Assembly (NCBI GenBank): GCA_009103225.1
Contig: RHPI01001442.1
Coordinates: forward strand, 1 to 64,000
Source: Chlorokybus atmophyticus
Taxonomy: Eukaryota > Plantae > Mesostigma and Chlorokybus algae
Direction: 5' to 3'
Length of the DNA stretch: 64,000 nt
Shown here: piece by piece, positions 12,093 to 25,543 of the stretch
Layout of the letters: each line of letters starts with the position of its first letter
Numbering within the stretch: position 1 is the stretch's first letter
Position numbers and translations under genes: made by a program
The notes under the pieces: model-generated
Told to the model about the DNA's origin: nothing
Database searches by the model: none
What the model saw: the letters and a program-made list of their open reading frames with translations, nothing else

Positions 12093-12893
12093 GGACTCTA
12101 CTGCTCCACTCTACCACACTCAACTCCTCATCCGTAATGGGGGCTTCCTTTGCTGCCAGCCAGATCCGCCCTGCTGTAGCCTTGACCACCTCGCTTAATC
12201 AACGCGTGAACAGGTTCCGTCCCCCACCTCCCCCTCCTCCTCCTCCTCCTCCTTCTCCTTCTCCTCCTCTGGCGCCACCGCCACTGCTGCTGCCTCACCG
12301 CCAACCACCCTTATCACGTGACCAGACACTACCCTGATTTTATCAAACATGCAGATATACTGAAGCTCTTAGCCCTTGAAGATGTCCCGTTATCGAAGAC
12401 GCGTGGACGCACTTCAGCAGTCTAGCATAAGCCGATCCAACGCTGTACGGGGCTCCCAGCCGCAAGCGGTTCGCAGCACGAAGTAAGCAACAAACCGAAC
12501 CGGGAAAGAACTTTTCTGGCCAATGACGGACTTTCTCTGGCTCACCGCAGCCGCCGTGAACAATTTGAGAGTCGATGATGGACTTTTGTTGGTGGAGAAC
12601 AGCCTTGGTTGGTTAACCGAGCTGTTTAGGCCTGGCAGTCAGTGTCAGGCCACTGACGGTCCGCCAGGCTTGGGCGTCAGGCCGCGGCGGCGAGGTTGTT
12701 GGTGTGTTGAGTGAGGTCGGGAGGGAGGGAGGCATAAGGGAGGTCTGTTCTAGCTCACAGAAAGGGCCTGGGTAAAGCATTGTGGCGTGGCCTGGTCGTC
12801 TTGTGCTCTTGCTCGGCCCGGTCAGGTTGGACGTGGCTTGGCCTGGTGGCCTAGAGCCGAGCCGGCTAGCCTGGCCTTCCCTCCGCTGGGACA

Positions 12894-15239
12894 ATGTCGG
12901 CGGTGAGGGTAGCGCCGGAGGCTGTGTGTGCGGCGCCAGCTGTGACTGCAAGCAGAGGTTGTTTGGCCCAGACCAGGCCCAGGCAGCGTAGTTCAAAGGC
13001 TCAGGCCAGGCAGCCGGCGCTCAAGCTGCTATCAGCTGGAAGACGTTCATCTTCTCGCAATGCCCCGGCCTGGCCGTCGTCGCATGTCTGCAGGGCAGTG
13101 CAGGACGAGAGCGGTCAAGCAGTGGAGACCAGCACAAAGCCAGCTGTAAGCAACTTGTGTCCGTTTGCAAGCATTCCATCACTTATTGTGTGTGTCATGA
13201 CAACGGCTTAAGCGTAAGCAGACACCAACAGACATACTGTGTGTAGTAAACATGCTTTGTTAGCTGTGAAGCACTTGGACTGCTGCATTCGTGCTTTTGC
13301 ATTGACACCCCAAGGAATGACCACGAGACATGCACGGCTAGCACACGCAGCACTGCTTGCGTACACCCAGCCAGATGACAATTGAACACATACGACCACA
13401 ATCCATCAGCATTGCACTGAACAACAGGGCAATAATTCAATGTTGGAGTTGTGTACCGCATTGGACAACAACACAAGCATCGGGATAAGAGCGGTATGTA
13501 GTGCATACCAATAGTGATCCACACGAGCATATTGCAAGGCACATGTGCAAGACTTGCATTGCATGCGGGTCTCGTGCATGGTTCTTTCCAGCCAGTCAAT
13601 GTTTTGAAACTCAACACGAGCGTGTCAGGAGCACGTTGCTTAAAGCACTGCCTAGTCGCATTGTGTAACACTGTTTGTTTGTTATGGCCGATGCAGACAT
13701 CAAACGGTGCGAAGCTGAATGGCCTTGAACAGAATGGTTTCAACCTCCCTTCTAAACCCTCAAGTTTGTCAAGTACGTTCCTTCGTCAATCCATGCTTGT
13801 GTGTTGTGACCACTGCCGCCAGCTGGTTTAACAGATAGCTTGTGTAGTGTTGATGTGCATGGCTTTTGGGCAATGCTAGCGACACAAGTAGGTATACGGA
13901 GCTGTGACTGTTGATGTTATTTTCATCACTTGGTGGTTGCAGTAGTTGTCACAGTCCACTCTATATTGTGGCTGTTTACATCATCAGTTGTTCCAGTTGG
14001 GTACTCGCACTTGCCACGCATTCACAATCTCTAAGTCTGCTCTGTTGGGTTGTGTCAGCAGCTGATGTGGAACCTACTTCGTGGCGTTCCCCGGTTGTGC
14101 TCGCGGGAGGATCTGTAGCGGCTGCTGCGGGCGCGGCTGTCCTGGTCACCTTGCTAAATCCGAACATAACAACAGATGTGCGAAGTTTTTTTGGCGATGG
14201 CTTTGCTTCGGTACGCATCTTGTCTCTCTGACCTGCATGCTTCAGCAAACCTCTGCTGCATTACAGCAAAGCGTTACTTCCAAGACATACTAAGCATTTG
14301 TCGCTGTCACTGCAGTCGTTTCTGCTCATATTCTTTTCTGAGATTGGCGACAAGACCTTCTTCATAGCGGTAAGCTTGTTGTGTGCACATTAGATGTTGT
14401 ACAAGTGCTGGCACAATCAACCGTATGCACCTTGTCATCTTTTTTAAATGGTGCTCTCACACTAGTTGCATTAGATGCTGTTGGCGTTGCGACGATCACG
14501 AGCGGCCGTGTTCGCGGGCACGTTTGGGGCGCTGGCGTTGATGTCTGTGCTGTCGGTGGGTTTCGGCCGCGCATTCCACTTTCTGGACGAGGCGCTGCCA
14601 TTCCACACGGATGTGCCCCTCGATGACCTCGCGGCCATTGCACTCCTGGTTGTGTTTGGCATCCGCACGCTGCAGACGGCCTACGAGCTCCCCGACAACG
14701 CCTCATCCGAGGGCGAAAAAGAGGAGGTGAGTAGATTATTGGTGGTCATTGCGTGCGTGTGCTTCTGTGTATGCGCACGTGCGTGTTGCATGCGCGAGTG
14801 CACCTGTGTGTACGTGCATTGTGGCATCATGGTTATATGCCGTCTCAGGCAGCGGTGGTTGTGGCGGGCGTGAACAATGAAGGCGTATTGTCACTGATCG
14901 CCACAACTTTCACGCTCGTGTTCGTTGCCGAGTGGGGTGACAAGTCCTTCCTGTCAACAATAGGTATCTAACTGCTGGTTGACATCCTGCTACCAGCTCT
15001 TGACTTGTCTGTGTGCACTCGTGATTGAAAGTGCTTTGCGTGCAGCTTTGGCAGCAGCGGAGTCTCCATTGGGTGTGGTGACAGGCGCAATTGCCGGGCA
15101 CGGACTCGCCACAGCACTTGCCGTGTTGGGCGGGTCACTAATATCAAAGTATGTGTCTGAGAAGTACCTCGCGTACATAGGGGGTTCCTTGTTCTTGGCT
15201 TTCGCTGCAGGCACGCTGGTCGAGCTGCTGTTGCGGTGA
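12894..15239 (+). CDS. PAM71: Chloroplast GDT1/UPF0016 family Mn2+/Ca2+ transporter, PAM71-like, multi-exon
   Basis: Ser/Ala/Arg-rich transit peptide. Twin family motifs FFSEIGDKTFFIA and VFVAEWGDKSF. Segments such as LDEALPF..DVPLDDLAAIALLVVFG and SPLGVVTGAIAGHG match PAM71 as recalled. Confidence 0.88.
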
Positions 15240-15902
15240 TTAGTATGACCACTGCGATGACAAATCTATTCTTTGTTACATTTGTGACTGGCCGGGTTAG
15301 TGTTGGCTTGCCAGGCTATGCCGACACACCATGTGCCTCGCAGTAATGTAGTTGGGGTTGAGGCCAGCTGTTTGTAACTATAGGTGTATCAATGCAGCAA
15401 AGCAAGGGATTTGTGGTCCAGAACGCATATTGCAGCTGTCATTTGCACTGAATGCATCCGTCCCAGGGCTTCATATGAATCTTGTTACATTTGTTGCTGC
15501 TGTGTATCAACCAATTGGAATCACACCACGCACATTTTGCAAGTGTGCACCACGAAAGTGTAGCGCGACCACTTGTCATGCTTTCAAATGTCTTGTGTCA
15601 CCTTATTAAAATATCATTGACCTCAAAAGTACTACATACGCGATCAGTGGTTAGACTGCTGTTGCCGCCTTGTCGTGTTGTGGTTGTGCAGACATGTCCA
15701 TGTGGTCGATGGTTGCAATTGCTGTCGTTGGTTGCATGACACACATGGCTGCCATCCACATTCCCTGCAGCATCTCGTACACGCATGAGCCGGAGAAGCA
15801 ACATTGGTCAGTGATTGGCCAGTACCACTGACTCGATGCGAGCCAGCTTGACCTTCTGCCGCTGCAACAACTTGGCAGGTACATTATACTTGCTACAAAA
15901 GA

Positions 15903-18790
15903 TCACAGCCAGTCCCTAGGCTGCCTCAAAATCTCCACCAGCTTTTCCTCTTCCGAGCCGGCTTCCGGCACCACATTGTACCGCCATGCTATGAGAGGGG
16001 GAGCTGCACACACACACACCAACACATAATTACTTCATCAATCAAGCACACAATATCACAGTCACCAACTCAACTTGTTGCCTCACCTGAAACCATGATG
16101 GACTCTATGCGGCCCGTGTCGAGGCCAAAGCGCACGCCTCGGTCGTACAGCAGGTTGAACTCGAGGTAACGGCCTCTGCGCAGCAACTGCCACTGGCGCT
16201 GAGCGTCGGTGTATGAAATGCGTCCTCTCCGTCGCGCGATGGGAAGATAGCTCCTCATCCAACCGTGCGCCACGTCATCGATGAATGCAAAAGCAAACTC
16301 CAACCTGCATTGAGCGTGCAACGATGCTTGTGACCCAGTGACCCAATCATGCATGTTCAGGGGCTGCTGAGGTGAGCAAACACAACAACAAGGTCCGTGT
16401 TCTCGCACGCAAGGATGTTAAGAAGTTCACCATCACCATGTGTACCGACGTGTCACAAACAGGTGCACATGTGTGCGAGCACACATGTGCACCTGATTGT
16501 TTGTGGGATGTGCAGAACATGGTGTATGCACATGTACTCATATATCCACGAGTGCATGCCTGTGTACTCATACGTCTACCAGTGCGCAGTCATGTGTACT
16601 TAAGCACCCCTACGCCTGTACGTATAAAAATACACATGCGAGTACATATGCAGGTGTGTAGCAAACAACCTTTGCGCATGTACTCCACACGAGACCGTGT
16701 GTACCTGTTTATTCGTGTGCCTGTGTACATCACCTATACATGCTCGCATGCATGTATGTATGCTCACCCTTCCTCTCCAGAAGTCTCCCGTAAACCAGCC
16801 AGATCATCAAAGAATATGCCTCCAGTGCCACGGTGCTCCCTGAAAGTATCACCCCGCAAAAGTGATGACACATCACAGTACAGTACTCATACTGAACAAC
16901 AATCGAAGTGCTGCAACCGCAAATGGTGTGCGCATACTTTCTTGCGGGCAAATAGAAGTACTCATCACAGGAGCGCTTCAACTTGGCATAAAGCCCCTGC
17001 TCGTGCACCTCGCAGAGGTCCCGCCAGAACCTATGAAACTCCCTCTGATCTTCGTCAAAGATGTCTGCAATGCACCCGTCTCATGTCTTCTCACATCATG
17101 ATCATGCACAAAACACAAACCAGCGCTGCTCGTGCTGTAACACAACCGCACACTCACAATAAGGCGTCAAGTCAGCGCCGCCTCCAAACCATGCAGCTCC
17201 GTCATCAACCTGTTATTCCACGCACACAGGTCTCATAACGCATGTCCACACGCATGTCTGCAAGTTGTTTGTTTATTCACTGCAAACATGTTCCCTCCCT
17301 AACCATGCAAGCCAATGCCGGCCTGGTACATGGACTGGATAGGTAGAAGTGGATGATGTTATGTGCGCTCTGTTTGTTGGTTTTACCTCAAAGTACCTGA
17401 CATCACTGCGGAAGGTGGGCACGAGGGGAGACACCGAGTGAAGCACGAGGCTGAGCGCCGCAGCAAAGTAACTCTGCCCTGCCGACACTACAGACTGGCC
17501 CCTTCCCGAAATAGCCTGTGTAGTACGAGGCACAATGCGTAAGCGAACACGTGTGCGCATGTATGTGTGCGTGTGGGTGCACGTGTTTAATCAAAGCTTG
17601 GAGATTGCAAAAGCCGTGCACAGTTGGTATTGGTTACACTGCCATTGAACAAGAGCTCAAAGAGCCCATGCGCAATGTGCTCACACAGCACTAGTACTGC
17701 ACTACAACTGGCCATGACATGTGCACAGTCACAGTCACATGCATCCGAGTCTATCGTGCTTCCACGGCCAACACTGGACTACTGAGCAATGCAGGTGGTT
17801 GTGCTATCATCGTGTTGTGGACATCGTTGCTGGCATCACACTGTCCTCACCTTTGCTCGCTGTTCAGAAAGGGTCCCCCGTATGACCGACACGTTCACTG
17901 CGGCCTTCTCGAGTAGTTCCCCACCCTCCAGCACGCGCGTGAGGCCGTAGCTGCCTGCGTCCTCGCCGCGTTTCCAGCTGTCGCTGCAGAAGCGAAGGCC
18001 GCTGGGGTCTTCCGCCTCGAGGGTCGAGCAAATGTCGCCCTGCAAAGAGAGTACATGGGGTAACACAGTCGACATTGCCTTGCCTGTCACACTGGCCAGA
18101 CGTAGACACGTGCGCGCAAGAGCCAAACATCAACGCACTCGTGCGTAGACATGCGCGCAGAGAGAGAGTAGCTCGTCGCATGCACACCAAACCATACACG
18201 CACACAATGGCAATCCCACGTATGCGCCTGTGCGTATGTGGGCCCAGCACCACGCAGTTGTTGACGAGTGCAATTGAGTTATAGAGCACTAAAAGTGCGG
18301 AATTGCATTCATTATTTCTTCGCTGCAACAAACTCAGGCTGCCAATGCAAGACCAGATGCAGCAATGCGAACATGCACAAGTAGGTATACTTCATAAGAG
18401 TTTTGCTTATCTCCCGTGTTGCCTAAAACAGCCAGCATCACACTCAGCACTGAGCACCTGCAACTTGTTAACCAGCGCCTCCATCCTCTCCTGCATGCCA
18501 TTCTTGCCCTTCAGCTGCTGCCGAGTCTGACTCTCCTCCAGGGCGTGCGGCGGCTGCATGCCAGCGGCAGAAGCAGCAGCGCAAACGGGACTGCTCCAGG
18601 AGCGGCGCCATGCCAGCCTGCCGGCGCTGTGCGGGCGTCTAGGTAGTGCTGGGAAGCCTCCGCTGCCACCGCAGCAACTCGGCTGTAAGCTCTGTCTCAG
18701 TGTGCGCCGGAGGCTTGGGCTCGGCTCATCCCTCGGCAGGGACACCGCCACGGACCCGGCCGCTCCCGCCGCCGCCGACAGCTGCGCCAT
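15903..18790 (-). CDS. CPOX: Oxygen-dependent coproporphyrinogen III oxidase (HemF family), plastid-targeted, multi-exon
   Basis: LEKAAVNVS, PTFRSDVRYFE, WFGGGADLTPY, CDEYFYLPAR|EHRGTGGIFFDDL, RRGRYLEFNLLYDRGVRFGL, terminal PRDWL*. N-terminal transit peptide. Confidence 0.93.
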
Positions 18791-19765
18791 GGCGAGACAC
18801 GCACGCACACCGCCCGGCAAATACAACTTGCTCTGCATTGCCTCGCAGTCGTTCTGCTTGCTTCAGCTACACCAGCAGAAAAGCTGCTCATACGCAACAA
18901 TAAACTGACCTGACCAAACCAAACTGTACTAAACTAAACTTACTATCAAGCTCACCGACACTGCTGTAGTTAGCACAGCTCCGTGCTTGAAGTGTGCAGG
19001 CAAAACAACCTTGGTATGCTAACAGGAAGCAGTGTTGTGCGCACCTGCCTGCTGTGTTGAGTACAGTAACTAGTAAGTAGTTTGTAGCCTCCCTATTGTG
19101 TTATAAGCTGGGTTGGTAAGCACAGCAGTATGGGCAGGGAGTTTCAGTAACCTGCCTCACTACCTTAGGGTGGTAAGTTGCTTTCCTACCACGTGGTATG
19201 GTGAAGGAGGAACTTTTGTGCGTTCTGCTGCATGGCGTAAGCAGGCAACTAAAAGCGGTGGCGTATTGAACCCGAGCTTTGCAACCCGGTGGAAGCTGCG
19301 GCGACCCAAGCTGCTGTGGTAAGCATGACAACTTGTAATGGCAACGCAACACGCGTGCGCTTTGAATTGTGGAACAACTGTCTGCTGTGTGTGAGCAGGC
19401 ACAACGTGCAGTTGCTTATTGCAGCATACATTTGGCCATGCGTCGATAGGCGGATATCGAGTACCTCACACAGAGAAACAGAACACACAAAGTGCTGCCA
19501 AGCGCGTTGTCAAGGGGTGCAGACACTGGATGGGTGAGTGTGACATTCTCAGGGCAGAGCGTCGAGTTGACCCCTGTACATGCATGCGTGACTCAGTTCA
19601 GTGACAATCTCCAGCCAATGCACTTCATGTCAGAGGCCTGCCAACTGCCCTATGTAACCTTACCCCTGCCAAAACCACTCACACTAAACTTGTCGCAACC
19701 AAACCGTCACAACACAACAATCTCTCACTACTGACACTAGATCTACCACCACTCCCCCCACCCCT

Positions 19766-22700
19766 TCACCCCCCGTCCGTGCGTCTGCTCCGTCGTCGCC
19801 TGTGCCAAAACGCGGCCGCGATCGTGAGGCAGCACGCGCCGGACGCGAGCGGCACGACGACCCAGTTGAAGTACACGTTGGACGAGCGGGGATGGGATGT
19901 TGAAGTTGTCTCACTCAGCCTGCGCTTGGCCTGGGTTAAGGCTGGTAGGATGTCTTGGTGGCTGCTGTTGTTGTTGTATAGAACAGCTGGACTTGTGCGT
20001 GTCTCATGCCAGTCAGACTTGGCCGTTAACTTCAGTGTGGTCTTCTTGTGTTTTTTTTGTTTGCGCTTCCTCGGCTTTGGTTGTGTTGTGTCTGTTGGTT
20101 CTATGATGTTGACTATGTGTTCGTGTGGTGGCGTCGCAAACATGGAGTCAAGCTCGTTGACATCTCTGGGAGCATTGTCCTGCACTGCAGTCTCTGATTC
20201 TGGTTTGACGACTAGTGTGGCATCGGAGCTGCTCTCATTTGCGTACCCTGCAGGCCACCAACAAGTTGCAGTGTTGGCTACGGGCTGACATGCATCCATT
20301 GAGACTTTGAAGCCAGAGGTTTCTTGGAGGACCTCTGCGTGCTTGTGTGCAGGCGTGTATGCGTGTGTGCGTGTGTACATTCAAGCAGGCGTGCACGCGT
20401 GCGCGTGCAAGTGCTTGCGTGAGTGCGCGCACGCGTGTGTGTATGCACATGTGGTTGTACGCGTGTGTACGTCTGTGCGACCACGCACTACAGTATACAA
20501 GCCCAAGACAAAGCATACTTGTTGCTGGAGCAAGCTGCTTGGCAAGCGCCGACGCCATGTCATCCACCATGCCATTCCAAAAATGGGGGTCATCACACCT
20601 ACACACCAACAACTTTATCACCTTGCATGCACCAAACACAATCCCACCCACATACCCACAACAACCACCAACACTCACATGTGCGTGCAGTCGCAGCAGT
20701 CCGGCTCTGCCCGATCGATCCTCACGCACGACTGAAGGTGTAAGTCGAACCTCTTCATCGTGTGTGCATAGAATGGCACCACACTCACACTCTTGAACCC
20801 GTACTCGCAGACGAGCGCGTGCACGAGCATGTTTTGTCTCACAACACGGTTGCTCCACGCCACGTCCGCACTCATCTCCTCGCACACGCATTCTTTTGAG
20901 TGCGCGGCGTCGCTGGCGTTGTACGCGCCCGAGCGCGGGAAATGTTGGGCGCTCGTCTCCCGAAATAACACAATCTTGCTTCCAACATGTGGCTGTAACT
21001 GTGTCAAAAGCAGCCGCATGTCCGACTCGTATGTGTTCAACGCGTCTTCCTTGTAGTGCAACCCATAGTTGATAACCAACACGTCCGCCAGCGCCAACGC
21101 AGCGGCAACCACCTTCTGCGAATACGTATTGGACCGCACGTAAAAGAACGTCGTGTTAGATTCGGGCGCAGCGTGGACCTGTTGGGAAACAACACAGCAT
21201 GTGAGCAGAGCAAACACGTACACACTCTTGCAGATGGGTGCCAAGAACTTGACTCTGCGTTTGGTGGAACTTACGGTTTGACTGAATGAAAGCATGACCA
21301 ACTGATGGATGGATGAATGAACTCTGTAACCAGATAATACGAACGTGAGATTGAGCGACTACTCGTTTGACCATAGAAGAAAAGCGCCAACAGATGCACA
21401 CACGATTAGGTCGTTGTATGCACAAGTACACATCCCATGATGCTCTCAATCCAAACTCTCTGTCACACACAAGTCTGTTCTTGAGTTCAAGCAGCGCATG
21501 CGTGAGGGTATGAGAGAGTGAAGACTTAACGTGTGATCAACCAACCCACAACAACTCAGTGCCTCGAATGCATGCCCTGCCCAACACCCCACTCACCCTA
21601 GGTTGCGTCCCGCCCGCCCCCGTCAGCCTCCGATGCATCTCCCTCCCCCTCTTCTCATCCACGTCCCCGACTCCACCCGTACCGCTACTACTCGCCAGCG
21701 CGCAAAGGGTCGCGTAGTACGACTGGAACGAGATGGAGTCGCCGACGAAACCGAGGGTGGCGCCGCTTGACAACGATGATACGTCACGTGCAACAGCGCG
21801 GGCGGCGTCGGCGGTCACATCCTGCGTGCGGGGAGGGGGAATTATGTGCGCGTGCGTGCGATTTCCTACTGTTGTTCGCTAGCTTGCAGTAACTCTGTGT
21901 GCTGCAGTGTCTTCTTCTACCGCTTGATGCATCACATACTAAGCCATACCAAACAGCAACACATTGCAAGCACGACACTGCATCAAGCTGTACACCCAAC
22001 ATACTGCATCCCGCACGCTGCACGAGCAGAACCACTACACACACGCGCACACCCATCCCCTCCACCCACCCACCCACCCACACCCACACCCACACCCACA
22101 CCCACACCCACACCCACACCCACACCCACACCCACACNNNNNNNNNNNNNNNNNNNNNNNNNNNNNNNNNNNNNNNNNNNNNNNNNNNNNNNNNNNNNNN
22201 NNNNNNNNNNNNNNNNNNNNNNNNNNNNNNNNNNNNNNNNNNNNNNNNNNNNNNNNNNNNNNNNNNNNNNNNNNNNNNNNNNNNNNNNNNNNNNNNNNNN
22301 NNNNNNNNNNNNNNNNNNNNNNNNNNNNNNNNNNNNNNNNNNNNNNNNNNNNNNNNNNNNNNNNNNNNNNNNNNNNNNNNNNNNNNNNNNNNNNNNNNNN
22401 NNNNNNNNNNNNNNNNNNNNNNNNNNNNNNNNNNNNNNNNNNNNNNNNNNNNNNNNNNNNNNNNNNNNNNNNNNNNNNNNNNNNNNNNNNNNNNNNNNNN
22501 NNNNNNNNNNNNNNNNNNNNNNNNNNNNNNNNNNNNNNNNNNNNNNNNNNNNNNNNNNNNNNNNNNNNNNNNNNNNNNNNNNNNNNNNNNNNNNNNNNNN
22601 NNNNNNNNNNNNNNNNNNNNNNNNNNNNNNNNNNNNNNNNNNNNNNNNNNNNNNNNNNNNNNNNNNNNNNNNNNNNNNNNNNNNNNNNNNNNNNNNGTGG

Positions 22701-24219
22701 GTGGGTGTGAGGGGGAGTGTTGGTGTGGCTGGCTACTGAGACCATGCCGGCGTGTATGAGTGTGCGCGTGTGTGCGTGTAACTTGAGGAGTGTTGTGGCC
22801 GGCGGCTAAAACAGTCGGGGCATTGCTACGGTGCTGTGAGACTTGGCGAATGATGGAGAGTTCGCTGCATGGTACACAGAGGTGCATTCAGTCGATGCGT
22901 GCGTTCGTGTGCGCGTGCTTGAGTGTGTGCAGCGGGAACGCACAGTTGTTTCACGCATGATTATCAATGTGCATGTCCGTGTGCGCGTGTGCGTGAGCAT
23001 GTGTGCGCGGGTCATCACTTGCGCACATACTCGCACACAATTGATTTTTGGTACCGTGCACACAGGTGTCTGCATGCACATTTGTGTGTGACTACGTGCA
23101 CCCGCGTGTGTGCTCTGCTGTGACGACCAGTGAGTGTTTTACTGTTGACGACACGCTTCTACTACAGAATGTTAAACTTCAGCGGACCATTGCCTGAGGT
23201 TATACTTCAGCAGTCCCATATCTTACCATCACGAGCAGACACGCCACAACCTCTTTTTGGAACAACTGAACAGACCGCCTGTTTCGAACATGCTTCCCAG
23301 TGAGACACCTGCAAACCACATGACAGTGAGCAAGCAACAGCAGTCACAAGCAACTAAAAAAGAAGAAGAAGAAGTTGTTGGTGTGAAATAACAAGATGAG
23401 ATCTGCTACCACGTTAACTACCAGGTCTCCATATGCTGTATCTTAGAGATGCAGGGTGTGATGAAGTGGTGCGTTTCTAACCATGTGTTACACCATCGTG
23501 TGTGTTTTTGCCTTACGGAGAGCAGTCGAAAACATCTGGATTCTCAACTACTACAACCACAACCATAACCTTAGCTACAACCAACCTTCGCCTTGAGTTT
23601 GATGAAGGTCTGCTTTCCCGGCCGCCTAGGAGTTCAGCAACAGTCCGTTGTTGATGAATTGTGAATCAAACGGCGAGTGCATTGAGCCAGCACGACTGAT
23701 TGAATACAACAATCTTGTTAGGTTTAAATCAAACAACTTGTTTCCCAAACAATGTTCGGACAAAGCACGTGACCGCCACGCAGCTCCTGAAGCTAGATAC
23801 CCTGCGTAGCGTAACACGTTGCGCTACCGGATACCAATGAGATACCAAATCGTAATCGCACCGTTCGCAGTCACATTATCGGTCACCTGTCTTGTGTCTT
23901 ACTCCGTTGACCGCGGTTAGGAGCTTTCTGGCAGCAATTCAGCCGCGCGTTAGGTCTGAGTTTTATCCACCTGGCGGCGGCGGCGGCGGCGGCGGTGGCG
24001 GTGGTGGTGGTCAGGACGATGGCTGTGATGGCTGGCGCGGCGCTCAGGGTCGGGGGCGTCAGCTCCGTGAATGTGGAGTGCTACAAATACAAGTCCACCA
24101 AGAAGCACGAGAAGATGCGGCCCAGGAAGGTACCTGTACCCTAGCGGCGGCGGGGGTGGTGGCGGCGGGGCTGGTGTAGGAGGTGTTGGGTTGGCTGCAT
24201 TGGTTGTTGACTTGCACAT
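19766..24219 (-). CDS. Trichome-birefringence-like (TBL/PC-esterase, SGNH) polysaccharide O-acetyltransferase; 5' exons uncertain because the gene spans a gap
   Basis: GFVGDS (21732-21746), DVLVINYGLHY, VLFRETSAQHF, and DCTHM|C (DxxH) across a phase-2 intron. C-terminal hydrophobic segment followed by RRRR. The putative first exon (24219-~23970) has a hydrophobic anchor but its linkage is less certain. Confidence 0.75.
22063..22137. repeat. (CACC)n/(CACCCA)n simple repeat running into an assembly gap
   Basis: Read directly. Confidence 0.95.
22138..22696. other. Assembly gap (N run)
   Basis: N bases. Confidence 1.
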
Positions 24220-25543
24220 TCTTGGTCAGCGGTGGGCTGTGGTGATTGTGTGTCCAATTAATGTAGTATTGACAATGCCAAGCAGCAGTCGGTAAGTGCT
24301 GCCACCAGGCAAGCATAGAGGGTTTGCATCCCAGTATGCGCGATTCGGTCATAATTTCAATATTAGTAATTTCTGTCATAGATAAGAATGTGACAGCAAT
24401 TACAAAGGAGCCCATAGCTCCAGTCAACAGCTAGGGCGGCTTGTAAGGTTATCTTATGAAATTCCTCCCACCCACCGTTCTGCCTGTCCATGGATGGTGT
24501 CCCTTGCGTTAACCAATCCGCTGCAAGAAGAGTTGTCCACACAATCCTCATAATTACGTATGTACACAGCACAACCCAGCAGACAAGCGTCACGGCCCCG
24601 CCGTCTACCCCAACCTGCAGAACCTGCCCACCCCACCGCCGGAGTACACTGTCATCGAGAAGACGTCTCCCTCCAGCTGATAAAAGTAGTGCCAAGCAAA
24701 AAAGTAGTGCCAAGCAATGCCGGATGAACGCAATGGTATACATGCCCTGACTGAAGAGACTGGACTGAAGTGTTGGTGCTGAGGTCGTGGGGTAACCGGC
24801 AGCATGCGCCACATACAAGTGCTCACTCTTCAGCGCGTTGAGATTGACACATTATGAAATGCACCATTGACTTCTCTTGATCACAGATATATAGCTGATA
24901 AGCATGCTGCTGAACTCAGGCTTAGTGAATTGGAGATGACATTTTTGTTGCGGTAATGTTCTGATGCTTGGATGTGTTTTCATCCGCGTCATGTAAGAAT
25001 GGGTTGGGCTACGTTGATAAAGGCCACTGGTGACCAAGCAGGTGTGCATAATGTGCAAGAAGAAGTGTGCAGGGTGATCCATGCCTCGCAACATTGTATA
25101 CTGCTCTGGTGGGCGTGCACACAATCTGAACCCGTGCACAGCAGTGTGTGGTGGTGCACAAGCATCCTGCTGAGTAAATTGCAATGGAGAACACGGGGGA
25201 CGCCACGGCACTGACATGTCATACCATCATCAGGCGGTTGCTTTGTTTGCGAATGTTTAAAGAACTCAGCGCCATCATCATAAGCACAGGGGCGCACATG
25301 TGACAAACACCAAACAGCTTTCATTATCAACATACTTTAGGCCCTTTTGGCTGTACCACCTGCGCAAAGAACTACAGCCAACACGCATCAACTCAGACTG
25401 TAAACACCAGTCGCTACAACCCAATCAGAAAGCTAATTACCATCAACAGCTGCAAACCCTAAAACCTGCTGCAACCTACGGTCACAATTTGGCATCTCGC
25501 TTATTGCAAAGGAGCACATCAACTCGCGGGCTAAAACGTCACT

